From the NCBI RefSeq assembly GCF_000485595.1, contig NW_014577078.1:1376977-1440976 (forward strand): 64,000 nt of DNA, written 5' to 3'. The translations under genes were made by a program, and so were the position numbers. Below are positions 1 through 13,726 of the stretch, in pieces. This stretch comes from Priapulus caudatus (lineage: Eukaryota). The first letter of the stretch is position 1; each line of letters opens with the position of its first letter. The notes under the pieces were generated by a model, which was not told where the DNA came from, did no database searches, and worked only from the letters and a program-made list of their open reading frames with translations.

Positions 1-3000
1 TGCGTCACCCTCACCCGCCGCGCGTCGATTACCCTCACCCGCCGCGTCACCCTACCCGCGCGTTCACTTTCACCCGCCGCGTCACCCCTCACCCGCCGCC
101 TATCACCTTCACCCGCGCGCGTCATTACCCTCACCGCGCCGCGTCACAGACCCGCCGCCGTTCACCCTCACCCGACCGCGCGTCATTATCCCTCACCCGC
201 CGCGTAACTTTCACAGCCCGCGTCACTTCACCCGCCGCGTTCACCTCACCGACGCGCGTCATCGCCCTGCACCGCTGGCAGTAATCAAGAATGCTTAACG
301 GCGGCGTAAACGTCGCCGCGGACAGTGGCTTATTGGTTACAAGTCCCGCCTTGCCCGAGCAGCGAGAATTTCTTTGCTGCTAATTATCTGAGACCTGGAT
401 CTGTATCCTTTGAGCCGCGTCATTATCTTCGAGCCTCGTCCTCACCGCAGAATTGCTGTCAAGGTCGTTCTGGTGTGTCTTAATGAGCACTCTAACGGTG
501 CCACCATTACGCCTGTTTCAATGTGCTGTTTAGACACTTCTACCAATGCGCCTAGTTCCGAAGGCAGACCACATCGCATGCTGCTATGCTTCTCGGGAAA
601 CTCGTCAAGCGAATATTTGGGGAATTGATTGCTAGCCGCGGTTTCAGCTAATTTTTCGTTGCTCCTCCTATAGATCTGATTTTCACGTGTTGTTTGCTGA
701 TGTCGATTGCAGCGCATTCACGCAGGACATCGGAGACACCATCGTGATTGCAATTTCTATTACATCTACTATGACACACACTATTACATGCACGGTTACA
801 TAAATAAACACTTATTCATAAATTTTCATGTTTTCGCCCTGTTAGTTTGTTGGTTGGTTGCCTGTCAACAGGATATCCAAAAAGTTAGTGACGGCTTTGA
901 TGAAAGTTTTCGGCTGCGGGTTGAGTCCTTGGCCAAGCAACCAATTGATTTCGAATCCGGATCTATTCTATCTATTAAATAATGTAACATAATGCATTAT
1001 AGATTAACACAATGTAGCACGCGCATTGTACAGTAATGCGAGTACAGTCTGCAGAATAGTAGAGGATTCTGCGCCTAAAATATGTATGCACATAATTTAG
1101 GATGAGGATATCTCAATTGGTTATAGGCTAATATGACCCAAGCGAACAACTTGGCAATGTGTGCCAAAAATCTTTATCCGGGGCGAACAGCCCGGAAAAT
1201 GACACGGCCTTTTTCTCAGAAGTCTACTACGACATAGCGTATTTCTAAACGTTGGAGGCTTACAGATTTTCTGAGGTGCTCCAAAATGTTCAGAATGGCA
1301 GTTACATGCCTATTAGAAGAATGTTGAATTGAATATTTCAGGAGGAAAATGAGCTAAAACCATTAGGTCAACTTCCATTACCATGCAAAACAACTAACTA
1401 CGCTACTTACTGGAATTGCCATATATTATAACAGTGGATATATCCTCTCCTAAATTATGTGCATATACCTTACTAAGAAGTTCCCACTCCTTACGACTGC
1501 TACATGCGAACGGTGGATTTGTCGTGAAACACCACCAGGAACGTAGATGCGGAGTGCACGTCCCTTTCCTACAACCGCCCTTCCAAAGTAAATGGCAGGC
1601 GGAATAATTTGGAGCGCGTCATCAGGGAGAAGGAAGCAGTTGCTCCTTGGGCACATCAGTCAAGCATAAAAAAGACAGTACGTTGACCTCCTGAAGGATG
1701 AAGAGAATGATTATCGAAGGAGAACTCTCACTTCACCACGAGTTCAACCGAGATAATGTTAACTAGGATAAGTTGGGATGGTGCAAGACATAGAAGAGTA
1801 TCTCCTGAAGGTATGCGAGCCTCTCAGCAAGACCAGGTAGCGCTGAGAATGTTCTCACTGGAGAAATTGTGACCGACGTAAACCTAGACAAGTTGTTGTG
1901 CTGATATCGAAGGAGGCAGTGCTGCATGTGCTAATTTATCGATGATACGACTCAGAAATTTAAGTCGATATCGTTACACTCAACTATTAGCAAAAGATTA
2001 AGTGTTAGGTCCTCAAGCAGTTAAGACCAGCTTAGAATTTGGCTCCCAAAGCACATCAAAAATGGAGAACAATCCATAAGCTCTCATGCTTTATTGAGGA
2101 TGTGTGTCACGGTGGGTTCACTGTTGAAGAACTACTCCAGGCATGAGATCACCAAGCTCTGGTTCTCTTGGTTAACAGATGGCGATTACTTGAGAAGAGT
2201 CCAAATCACAACTTCGGGACGTGAGCTTGGCTGAGGTTTGCCCACTGATGATAAAAAAGGGCAGAAACTCCAAGTCACACCACGCCATCGTTGCGACTTC
2301 ATGCCTGTGGCTGAGAAAGGTTCCCTTAATAGAAGGCTTTTTGATCCGCCCATCCAAGAACAGTTCATGACTTTGCTATTGCCTTGACTCTAATGGTCGA
2401 GCAAGCGCTGCACAACTGATATGAGATTCACATCGTTTTCTGGACGCTTACGCGAGACAGCCTCAAGAACTGAGAGCAGAGGGAGAGAAGAGGGAAAGGT
2501 CAAAGAAATGGTTGTCCTATTGATATCACCGAACCAAAATTGCGTTTTGCCATGATTCTATGGTGAGTGGCCTCCCAATACCAAGGGCACCAAACTCTAT
2601 ATCTTGGATATCACCACAGGCATGGTGGTGTCAGCTGGGTGGTGATCTCCATTCCCGTTGGCTCAACAGCACACTGAGGAAGCTTGATGATAGGATGATG
2701 TTCCATGTGCAGGACATTCTAAGCACGGTCAGGGAGCTACAGTCCTATGAATGCTGTCCATCAGGTTATGACCACAGATTTCTTGTGTGTGCCTGTGTAT
2801 ACACATTACAGTCAATTGGAGAGCATCTTGGCGCTCCAATACCGTCTGTCGCGATCCGCAACTCAGGAGTAAAGATTCAATATTACCACTCCACGATATC
2901 TTGCCATAGCGTTAGGAGGCGAGCTGTCTAAGTGTTCTCCAGCACTCCATGCGCGACTGGGTGCTATACAACCAGCAAAGGTATCAACTAACTTTCAGGC

Positions 3001-6000
3001 CCAAACGTGTCGCAATAACCGGAAATTCCTCGTAATGATCCTGCATTTCGACTGTCCACGGGCTAACAAAAAGCGCATGAAAAGGGCGCGAGACATTCTT
3101 GGTCAAATGTCTCAAACCATCAACAGACCTAAGACATTTGAACGACCCTGGCGTTTTTTTCTTTTTGCCCCCCTGCATTTGATAGCAATGCCCTCAAGAT
3201 AGACTTTGACGAGAGCCACTTGCCACCTCAACTAATGAGAAGCAAACATATCCATTAGAGCTGATGCACAGCAGATAGTGTGGAATGTCAAGCCCATTTA
3301 GCGATGCGCATTTGATATGATGCGCAGCTTATGCGTTTGATGTAAGAGTAGGCAGTTTATTAGTCCCTGAGATTGGTCATCTCAACGAACCCGACGACTG
3401 CACATCCTTGGCACGAGGCGTGCAAACGGTGGTGCTCGCAAGAATGGCGTTATCCCTTCATGTGTAGTGGGATCAACGTGTGGCAGAGTACTGCAAATGC
3501 AAGGGAGCGGATTGCCTGTAAAACCCTACACTGGACATAAAACTGCCTCATCCTCCTCATTCGTGGACTCTGTGTGTTACTCTTCGTGTTCCTGCCCATA
3601 TGTTTACTGGGACGAATAAACGGAGTACGAGTGAGCGTGAATGTGGGCTGCTTAAAAGTTGTATGGTTAGCTGTTTGCGGCAATTCCCTGCTGATCTTTT
3701 GAAACATCTCTCCACGCCTCCCTCTATGGAAGACATCAATATGTTCTAACTCTGATCTAAGTCCGGAAAGTTTAGGTTAAGTATAAATATGGGTATGGCG
3801 GATTACCAGTTATGAAAGGTAGTTAGTTGTTTGTAATGGTATAGGTTGAACCTCGGGCCATTTTCTCGGAATATTCTAATTTTTACCTTTCTATGACACC
3901 CTAGACATTAATGGCCATTCTAAACATCTTCTGGACTTCAAAAAATCGTAGCTCAACGGTTAGGAAGATTACAGCTATGTCGGGTACGTAGCACTTCCGA
4001 TGAAAAAGGCGTGGTCATTTTTAAAAAAGGAGGCGTGAGTCATTTTCGGGCTGTTCGCCCCGGATAGATTCTTGGCACAGATCCCAAGTTGTTCCTTGGG
4101 GTCAGTATTAGCCTATAACAATGAGACTATCCTCTCCTATTATGTGCCCATACATATCTTAGCCAGGTCGCTTAGCTAAAAGCGATGCATCCCGCTTTAA
4201 TTATGCTAGCTGCAGGGCCTCGTGAATTAATGCTGCTGCGAGGGGCCCGTTTATGAATGTTGGCTGCGGGCGGCGTTATAAATGATGTTGCTTGCAGGGG
4301 CGTTTAATTATGTTGTGCAGCGCGGCCAAGTATAATTTTTTCCGTTTGTTTCCCGTTTTTTCGCTTAGATGAGCCTCGGATGTCAAATCCAATGTGCCCA
4401 TGCCATTCAGCACCAAAATTTACCTCCTTAGAACGTCTTTTGACAGTTATAGTCTCCGTATTGATTTGCATCGAGAACAGACAGACGACAATTCACGAAT
4501 ATTGTAGTTAAGATAGTGCGCACGTGCATGGTAGGCAACTTTTATAAAAACACTATTTAAAAAGGTGGGAAAGACTTCTGAATGCTGCGTCAAACTGAAT
4601 CGACTTGCCAAAAAAGTAAACTAAAGCTATACAGCAAGGCAAACTCATAGCTACCAGAAACTCAAAATGAACGCAGACACTTCCTAAAGACAAAATCAAA
4701 ACTGCAAATGTCATCAACTCTATATTGGATGTACTGCAAGATGGGGGAGGTCTGTTACCGCTGTGGGGCGAGGGTTGCTATCTCGATTGCTTGTTTGTAT
4801 GTAGCCTATTTTCATTTCATTTTCATTCTACCTGTGGTTTCATTCACGAGCCGCACAGCATATCAATGCATCGTGGCTGCGCTTTCAGATTCCCCTTGAT
4901 TGCGTTCATACAATTCACGTTTAAGCCGATTGTTAAATTTCTCTCTCAAATGCCACAGGCGAGATGTGAAAGTGATGTGTGGTGGGTGTGTGCGTGTTGT
5001 GTGTGTGTGTCGTGTGTGTGTGTGTGTGTGTGTGTGTCGTGTGTGAGATGTGTGTGGCTTACGTGTGTGTGTGTGGTGTCTTACGGTGTGTAATATATCA
5101 AAAATAGTCTAAATTGTACAGTAGCTGGATGTAGGTTAATAATAAATGTATGGGAGCAACGCACACAGGTTTTCGGTGTACATACCCGAAAGTTATAACA
5201 TTCTTTACGCTTTAAGTTAAGACGATTACTTTAATGTGCTGTGGCATTATTTTCGCAGTAGTCAATTAGCGTATGTAGACACACGGTTGCCGGCCAGATT
5301 TCATTGTTTACATAAGTAGCATCGCATAAGGCTATACTATGTTACGACTTTATGAAATGACTTGCATGTTTACAGATAACACCGAAATGAAGCAAGTCAC
5401 GGGGGGCAGGCGTCATCGAACATTCCTCTGGAAACGAGATTTCTGTCTGCAGGCAGAATATTGAATAAGTTAAACTTTGCCACGGATTTTCTGCCGAGAA
5501 CGAACATTTTGTCGCCTAAAACGTTCCCCTCGACGTCTGTCACCGTTTTAATGACTATTCACACATTTCTACGTACACTCGTGCCATGGCATAGCGCCTC
5601 ATGAACCTTCGAGCTAACTAATGACCTTCGGATGACAGACGTGTATGTAAATCCTCGAAATTAGTCATGGACGCTTAACTTTCCGCTTTTCCCGCATGAT
5701 ATAGCTCTAACTAGTTAATCTTATCTGCTCACCATTAGAATGACCGACATCGCCTGCTCCTAAGCGGACAGCATACGTTTATCTGAGAGTGAGGAGGGTA
5801 TTGCCAAGTGCTGATAGCATTCCTTTGCTTCGAAACAGCGACTCTAATGAAAAACTCCGATGTATCCGAACAAGGTTCCTCTACTTTGAATAATACTTCC
5901 ATAATGAAAATATATTTTCAAATGTGCATTAAAATACGAAAATAATGGCCACTTTCTAAACAACATGATTTCTATAACAAAGCCCACGTGGTATGCTTCA

Positions 6001-7780
6001 TCAACAGATGAATGCCCATCAAACTTGATTCTTACGTGGTGCAACAAACAAGCCGCCACGTAAACTTTCGTAGAGATATACAATTCTGTTAAAATGGTAT
6101 TGGCCTGTTATTCCATTAAGATTTATCTTATAATACATTACAGTGCAATTGCTCAAATTTGGGCAAATGCGGCTGGCTTCGCTATGGCTGTCACAGACAG
6201 ATTGATTCAATGCGGGTGCATTCTGGCTCGCGCAGCTCAAATAATGCTTAGTTAACAGACAGCATTGTTAGACTAGTTTCTTTAGCTGTGGAAACATGAC
6301 CATGAATCCAATAGGAGGCACAAGCTGACAGTTGTATTTAGTCCATTTATTATATACGATATATATACTTATATATATAATATAATATTATATATAATAT
6401 AGAGAGAGAGAGGAGACGGCGAGAGAGAGAGAGAGGAGGATATTAATGACTATATAATCCAGAGTAGACCGAATACCAATCTATGTTATGTGTTATGGAT
6501 CTATGTGAAGGTTTGCAATGTAGATACCCAATGTTCAACGAAAGAGGAAGACACCCAGCGGCAATGTGTATTGGCATTACGGAACCGGATATCGTGCTAT
6601 AGGCCAATGATCGATATAGCCGCCTACAGAAGAATATTTATATATCAACTGACAGAACGCGCAATTTGGGCAAATGACTGCCCAATTTACAATCATATTT
6701 GTTCATACATTGACCATATAATTTTTAATATCAAATTCAGATTAAGTTGGAATAAATAGGATGACTTGTCTAGGAGGCAAGACGAGGTCGAGAAGGGAGC
6801 GAGGCGGACGATTGAGATCGAGAGGGCCAACGAATGTGTGGAGAAGCGGAAACAGAGGGCAGCACAGTGGAAGATGTAGGAAGAAAGTTCCCTTCTCTCG
6901 GTACCTCAACCCTTTCAAAGTAAATTCTGCCTGACTCGTATCTATTCCTCTGCCTTACCCTTGATTACCTCTGATCTGTCCACCTAACTGATCTTTCTCT
7001 CTTTTCGCTTTTTTCCACTCCATCTAAGCCGCATAAGCAACTTCCTCTTTCAGTGACCTCCTCCCCTTCCCTGATCATCTGGCGTTCTCCTCCTTCTTCT
7101 ACCCTATAGACTTCTCGACTGCATCCATTTATCTCCTATACTTCTAGTCGGTGTATTGTTTGATCCTGTATATGTGTTGATTACTTGTGTGTACGCTGTT
7201 GAAATTTTTAGAGTGGCTTTCGGACGTTGTCGGTAACTTTACGCCTTTCGGTCATTAATTTGGACCATCCCTTCATTGACGTAGATAACATATCTATGTA
7301 CGCAGGATGAAACGACGACGGTTTCAGTATAATATTGATGTGAAGGATCCTGGATCACGATTTGTTCATCGTTACAGTTGACGTGGCAATTGAGATCACG
7401 TTGACTGATCCATAAATTGAATGGTGTGTTTCAGTCACGCGTACGTTTCAAAGGAGCGATCATAGATCTTCGTGTGTGTTGTGCTGTATTGCATCAATGA
7501 TAACTATTAAAATTTCTAAGTAGATTATTCTATAGCGTCACTTTTAAAAATATAGGTGTCATGCGTCCTACAAAAACTGCGCACACGTATCTTAACTCCG
7601 TTTTGGCTATATGCAGTATAAATACGTACCGGTATTGGGTTGCCACCTGGTACGATAAGTATTGAACTGGATTACTATTATGACAGGACCTGCTCATTAA
7701 ACTTAATTGTAATAGCTTTAGAGGCGGATGCTGAGTTCGTTCCTCTATGCTTGCAACCATGTGAGCTCCAGATTACATCC
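1..7780. repeat. Indel-rich duplicate of about 8900..16288 (probable false duplication from an unpolished long read)
   Basis: Colinear with 8900..16288 (minisatellite, Academ element, (TG)n, (TA)n(GA)n, unique flanks) but with scattered 1-nt insertions/deletions; ends at the 25-N gap 7781..7805. Confidence 0.9.
1057..4178 (+). mobile_element. Noisy second copy of the Academ-type element (inside the probable false duplication)
   Basis: Same TIRs and internal sequence as 9884..12870, frames broken by indels. Confidence 0.7.
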
Positions 7781-8284
7781 NNNNNNNNNNNNNNNNNNNN
7801 NNNNNATTATTACATGGTTATTTCTACTTACATTATGGGGCTTACACAAATCTCAGACACACAGACACAGAAGTTAGAACGCAGATACACAGAACAACAC
7901 GAAATTGAAACCTGTTACTCGAAACAGAACGAAAACAAAACAGCGCCCCCTATTTTCAGGCAAATCTTTACCTTTTTTGTTGTTGTCTTTTTTAAGACCG
8001 AACAAACGGGTTTCAACCGAGTATAGTTTAGAACCCGTCCCGTGTATTCATCGATCTCTTCTGTGAATTTGGCGCTATTTGGATCCAAACTGACGGAGCC
8101 TTTGATTAACATACAACATTCGCCGAATTATAGTAAGATATGCATCCATATTTATCTACAAGGGATCCTTTACTCTAGGTTCTAGGGTTATTTTCAGTTA
8201 AGTTAGGTTAAAATTGCGCTACATAAAAAGTTTCATGGTTCAATCACCATTAGATTTTTTTTTTTAAGTTTTAAAACCAACGAC

Positions 8285-8630
8285 TACAGATTCATTACAG
8301 CGACGGTAGCGCCACTCAAAGCGCACGATCTGAAAAGTTGCGCAAAAAAACTTTTTAGCCAAGGGCTACAGACCGAGGGTGTTTCTTATTTATTAATTTA
8401 AAAGCTAAAGGATTGTAATATCTTATAAACGACATATAGTTTCAGGTATATTATGGATAAATTTGTCCTAAAATGAACATCGTTCGGTTAAATAGCATTT
8501 AGGTATATATATTGCACCTTTGTGATTAGCCCTCGGTCTGTAACGTGCAAAATATATTGGGAAATGCTCAACTTTTTCAGGGTGGTAGCACGGCACGGGT
8601 GTCAATGGCGCCGTTCAAATTATCTGGTAA
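8285..8630. repeat. Degenerate inverted repeat, possible old MITE
   Basis: tgaaaagttg/caactttttca and tacagaccgaggg/ccctcggtctgta arms around an AT-rich core; boundaries approximate, no TSD seen. Confidence 0.35.
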
Positions 8631-8789
8631 CAAGTACGTGTGGGTATAGACGATTTGTTATACAGTAAGTACAGTTGTATGCAGTAAAATATTAGAGTCT
8701 AGTATCCCTTTAATCATATTTGGCAACTGTTTCAAGAACGCCATCTATCCATCGGGCTGCCTCTAAGAAATGCAGCGAACTGTATCATC

Positions 8790-9125
8790 GCCCTCACCCT
8801 CACCCGCCGCGTCACCCTCAGCCGCCGCGTCACCCACACCCGCCGCGTCACCCTCACCCGCCGCGTNNNNNNNNNNCTCACCCGCCGCGTCACCCTCACC
8901 CGCCGCGTCACCCTCACCCGCCGCGTCACCCTCACCCGCCGCGTCACCCTCACCCGCCGCGTCACCTTCACCCGCCGCGCGTCATTACCCTCACCCGCCG
9001 CGTCACCATCACCCGCCGCGTCACCCTCACCCGCCGCGCGTCATTACCCTCACCCGCCGCGTCACCTTCACCCGCCGCGTCACCTTCACCCGCCGCGTCA
9101 CCCTCACCCGACGCGCGTCATCGCC
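8790..9125. repeat. GC-rich 18-bp minisatellite (CACCCTCACCCGCCGCGT)n
   Basis: Direct tandem units with variants, 10-N gap inside. Confidence 0.95.
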
Positions 9126-9654
9126 CTGCACCGCTTGGCACGTAAATCAAATGTAACGGGGCGTAAACGTCGCCGGGCAGTGGTTATTGGTTACAGCTCC
9201 CCGCCTTCCCAGCAGCGATGAATTCTTGCTGCCTAATTATCTAGAACCTGGATCTGTATCCTTGAGCCTCTGTCATTATCTCGATCCTGGTCCTCACCGC
9301 AGAATGCTGTCAAGGTCGTCTGGTTGTCTTATGAGCACTCTAACGGTGCCACCAATTACGCCTGTTTCAATGTGCTGTTAGACACTTTACCAATGCGCCT
9401 ATTCCCGAAGGCAGACCACATCGCATGCTGCTATGCTCTCGGGAAACTCGTCGCGAATATTGGGAATTGATGCTAGCCGCGGTTCAGCTAAATTTTGTCG
9501 TTGCTCCTCCTATAGACTGATTCCACGTGTTGTTTTGCTGATGTCGATGCACGCGCATAGAGGACATCGGAGACACCAGTGATTGATTTCTATTACATCT
9601 ACTATTACACACACTATTACATGCACGGTTACATACATAAACACTTTTCATAAC

Positions 9655-9812
9655 CATTTTCATGTTTTCGGCCCTGTTAGTTTGTTGGTTGGTTTGCCTG
9701 TCAACAGGATATCTCAAAAAGTTACGGACGGCTTTTGATGAAATTTTCGGTGCGGGTTGGTCTTGGGCCAAGAACCAATTGATTTCAATCCGGATCTATC
9801 TATCTATCTAAC
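9655..9812. repeat. Interspersed repeat fragment, Helentron/HINE-like
   Basis: gtttgttggttggtttgcctgtcaacaggatatctcaaaaagttacggacggcttttgatgaaatttt...ccggatc followed by (TCTA)n resembles non-autonomous Helentron-associated repeats; resemblance only. Confidence 0.3.
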
Positions 9813-9883
9813 ATAATGTAACATAATGCATGTATAGTAACACAATGTAACGCGCATTGTACAGTAATGCGAGTCAGTGCAAA

Positions 9884-12870
9884 TAGTAGAGGATCTGGCT
9901 AAAATATGTATGCACATAATTTAGGAGAGGATATCTCAATTGTTATAGGCTAATATGACCCCAAGGAACAACTTGGGATGTGTGCCAAAATCTTTATCCG
10001 GGGCGAACAGCCCGAAAATGACCACGCCCTTTTTCATCAGAAGTGCTACTACCGACATAGCTGTATCTTCTAAACCGTTGGAGCTACAGATTTTCTGAGG
10101 TGCTCAAAATGTTCAGAATGGCCATTACATGCCTATAGAAGAATGTGAAATTTAATATTTCAGGAGAAAATGGCTAAAACCATTAGGTCAACTTATTACC
10201 ATGCAAACAACTAACTACCTACTTACTGGAATTGCCATATATTTATAACAGTGGATATATCCTCTCCTAAATTATGTGCATACTCCTACTAAGAAGTTCC
10301 CACTCCTCTACGACTGCTACATGAACGGTGGATTTGTCGTGAACACCACCAGGAAAGGTAGTGGAGTGCACTTCCTTTCACTACAACCGCCCTTCCAAAG
10401 TGAATGGGGGGATAATTGGGGTCATCAGGAAGAAGGAAGCAGTTGCTCCTTGGGGAATCATCAAGCATAAAAAAGACCAGTACGTTGACCTCCTGAAGAT
10501 GAAGGATGATATCGAAGGAGAACTCTCACTTCACCACGAGTTCAACCCGAGTAATGTAACTAAGATAGTTGGGATGGTGCAAGACATAGAAGAGTATCTC
10601 CTGAAGGTATGCAGCCCTCTACAAGACCAGGTAGCGCTGAAGAATGTTCTCACTGGAGAAATTGTGACCGACGTAAACGTAGACAAGTTGTTGCGCTGTA
10701 TCAAGGAGGGCAGTGCTGCATGTGCTAAATTTATCGATGATCGACTCAGAAATAAGTCGATATCGATACACTCAACTATTAGCAAAATTAAGTTTAGGTC
10801 CTCTAAGAGTAAGACCAGCTTGAATTTGGCTCCCAAAGCAAACATCAAAAATGAGACAATCAAAGCTCTCATGTTTATTGAGTATGGGTGTCACCGGGGG
10901 TTCACTGTTGAAGAACTACTCCAGCATGAGATCACCAACTCTGCGTTCTTCTTGGTTAACAAAGATGGTTACTTGAGGAAGAGTGCCAAATCACAACTTG
11001 GGACTGAGCTGCTGAGGTTGTGCCCACTGATAGATAAAAAAAGGGCCAGAAACCTCCCCACACACCCACGCCATCGTTATCGACTTCATGGCCTTGGTGA
11101 GAAAGGTTCCCTTAAAGAAGCTTGATCCGCCCATCAAGACATTTCATGACTTTGCTATTGCCTTGACATCTATGGTCAGCAAAGCTGGGCACAACTAATG
11201 AGATTCACATCGTTTTCGACGCTTACAGAGAAGACAGCATCAAGAATGGAGAGAGGGAGAGAAGAGGAAAGTCAAAAGAAATGGTTGTCCTTGATGTGAT
11301 ATCACCGAACCAAAATTGCTTGCCATGCATTCTATGTTGAGTGGCTCACCACCAATTACCAAGGCACCAAACCTCTATACCTTGGTATATCACCACAGGC
11401 ATGGATGGTGTCAGCTGGGTGTGCATCTCCATTCCCTTGGCTCAACAGCACACATGAGGAAGCTGATGATAGGATGATGTTCCATGTGCAGGACATTCTA
11501 AGTCACCGGTCAGGAGCTACATCCATGATGCTGTCATCAGGTGACACAGATGTCTTTGTGTGCCTGTTATACCACATCACAGTCAATTGGAGAGATCTTG
11601 GCCTCCAATACCTCTGTCGCATCCGCAACTCAGGAGTGAAAAGATCAATATTACCACTCCACGATATCTGCATAGCGTTAGGAGACGAGCTGTCTAAGTG
11701 TCTCCCAGCACTCCATGCGCTGACTGGGTGCTATACAACCAGCAAGGTATCAACTAAACTTTCAGCCCTAAACGTTGTCCGCAAACCGGAAAATTCCTCT
11801 CTGATCCTGAATTTCGACTGTCCACGGCTAACAAAAAACGCAATACAAATGGCGGAGACATTCTTGGTCAAATGTCTCAAACCATCAACAGACCTAAAGA
11901 CATTTGACGACTTGCGTCTTGCTGCATTTGATAGCAATGCCCTCAAGATAGACTTTGAGAGAGCCACTTGCACCTCAACTAATGGAAGCAAACATATCCA
12001 TAGAGCCTATCACCAGCAGTAGCTGTGGGTCCAAGCCCCATTTAGAGATGCCTCTTTGATTATGAATGCCGAGTCTTATGGTTTTGTAAGAAGGGGCAGT
12101 TTATTAGTCCCTGAGATTGTCATCTCAAAACCCGACAGCCTGCCAGATCCTTGCACGTGCGGCAAGTGTGCTCGCAAGAATGGGTATCCCTGCATGGTAG
12201 CTGGGATCAAGTGTTGTAAGTACTGCAAATGCAAGGGAGGTGATTGCTGTAAAAACCCTACCACTGAATGAACACTGCTCATCATCCTCATTCGTGGACT
12301 CTGTTGTGTTACTCTTCGTGTTCCTGACCCTGGTTTACGTGACACATAAACAGTACCGATACTAATGTGGTGTTAAAAGTTGTATTGTTGGCTGTTGGGC
12401 AATTTCCCTGCTGATCTTTGAAACATTTAAGCTCTCTATGGAAGACACAAATGTTCTAACTCTGATCTAAGTCCGGAAAGTTTAAGTTAATAAATATATG
12501 GCAATTCCAGTATGTAGGTAGTTAGTTGTTTGTATGGTAATAAGTTGACCTTGGCCATTTTCTCGTGAAATATCTAATTTTACACTCTTCTATGACACCC
12601 TAGACATGTAATGGCCATTCTAAACATTTTGAGCACTTCAAAAAATCTGTAGCTCCAACGGTTTAGAAGATACAGCTATGTCGGTAGTAGCACTTCCGAT
12701 GAAAAAAGGCGTGGTCATTTTTAAAAGGGCGTGGTCATTTTCGGGCTGTTCGCCCCGGATAGATTTTGGCACACATCCCAAGTTGTTCCTTGGGGTCATA
12801 TTAGCCTATAACAATTGAGATATCCTCTCCTAAATTATGTGCATACATATCTTAGCCAGGTCCTAGACTA
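9884..12870 (+). mobile_element. Academ (XPG-type, AcademX) DNA transposon, internally deleted non-autonomous copy
   Basis: TAGT...ACTA termini; imperfect TIRs about 9884..10246 and 12490..12870; 3-bp TSD AAA (9881..9883, 12871..12873); coding remnant with transposase C-terminal part, PIN/XPG motifs and Cys-rich tail. Confidence 0.8.
10290..12271 (+). pseudogene. Disrupted Academ transposase/XPG-like nuclease/Cys-rich ORF
   Basis: GGFVVNTTRKGSGV / YNRPSKVNGGIIG; AIVIDFMALV, HIVFDAY..SIK..ER..R, HEEADDR, SGDTDV, HALTGCYTTS (FEN1/XPG-like acidic motifs and H3TH); C-terminal CTCGKC..C....CCKYCKC....CCKNP; frameshifts near 10375, 11040 and 11195, in-frame stop 12020..12022. Confidence 0.8.
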
Positions 12871-12879
12871 AAAGTGCAT

Positions 12880-13017
12880 CCCGTTTAATGAATGTTGCTG
12901 CAGGGGCCCGTTTAATTAATGTTGCTGCAGGGGCCCGTTTAATGAATGTTGCTGCAGGGGCCCGTTTAATGAATGTTGCTGCAGGGGCCCGTTTAATTAA
13001 TGTTGCTGCAGGGGCCA
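12880..13017. repeat. 27-bp minisatellite (CCCGTTTAATKAATGTTGCTGCAGGGG) x5
   Basis: Five direct tandem units. Confidence 0.95.
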
Positions 13018-13624
13018 GTATATTTTTCCGTTTTTTCCCGTTTTTCGGCTTAGATGACCTCGGATGTCAAATCCAATGTGCCCATGACATTCAGCACCAA
13101 AATTTACCCCTACTGAACGTCTTTGACAGTTATAGTCCTCCGTATTGATTTGCATCGAGAACAGACAGAGACACATTCACGAATATGTATTAGATATGCG
13201 CCGTGCATGGTAGCAACTTTTATAAACACTATTTCAAAAAGGTGGGAAAGACTTCTGAATGTGCGTCAAACTGAATCCGACTGCCAAAAAGTAAACTAAA
13301 GCTTACAGCAAGCAAAACTCATACTACCAGAAACTCAAAATGAACGCAACACTTCCTAAAGACAAAATCAAAACTGCAAATGTCATCAAACTCTATATTG
13401 GATGTACTAGCAAGATGGGGGGAAGGGCTGTTACGCTGTGGCGGAGGGTTGCTATCTCCGATTGCTCTTGTTTGTATGTAGGCCTATTTTCATTTCATTT
13501 TCATTTCTATGTGACGTTTATTCACGACGGCACAGCATATCAATGCAATCGGGGCGCGTTCAAGAATTCCCCTTGATTGCGTTCATACAATTCACGTTTT
13601 AACCGATTTTAAATTTCTCTCTCA

Positions 13625-13626
<2 letters not shown>

Positions 13627-13691
<65 letters not shown>

Positions 13692-13726
13692 TTACGTGTG
13701 TGTGTGTGTGTGTCTTACGTGTGTGT
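13627..13726. repeat. (TG)n microsatellite
   Basis: Direct inspection. Confidence 0.95.

Noticed and set aside
1..7780. Real segmental duplication or older diverged transposon copy
   Set aside because: Indel-dominated differences and the 25-N junction fit a sequencing/assembly artefact better
8720..9156. His/Pro-rich and Ser/Pro/Ala-rich ORFs
   Set aside because: Translations of the 18-bp minisatellite; open in several frames with no splice or start context
12888..13148. MNVAAGARL repeat protein
   Set aside because: Translation of a 27-bp minisatellite
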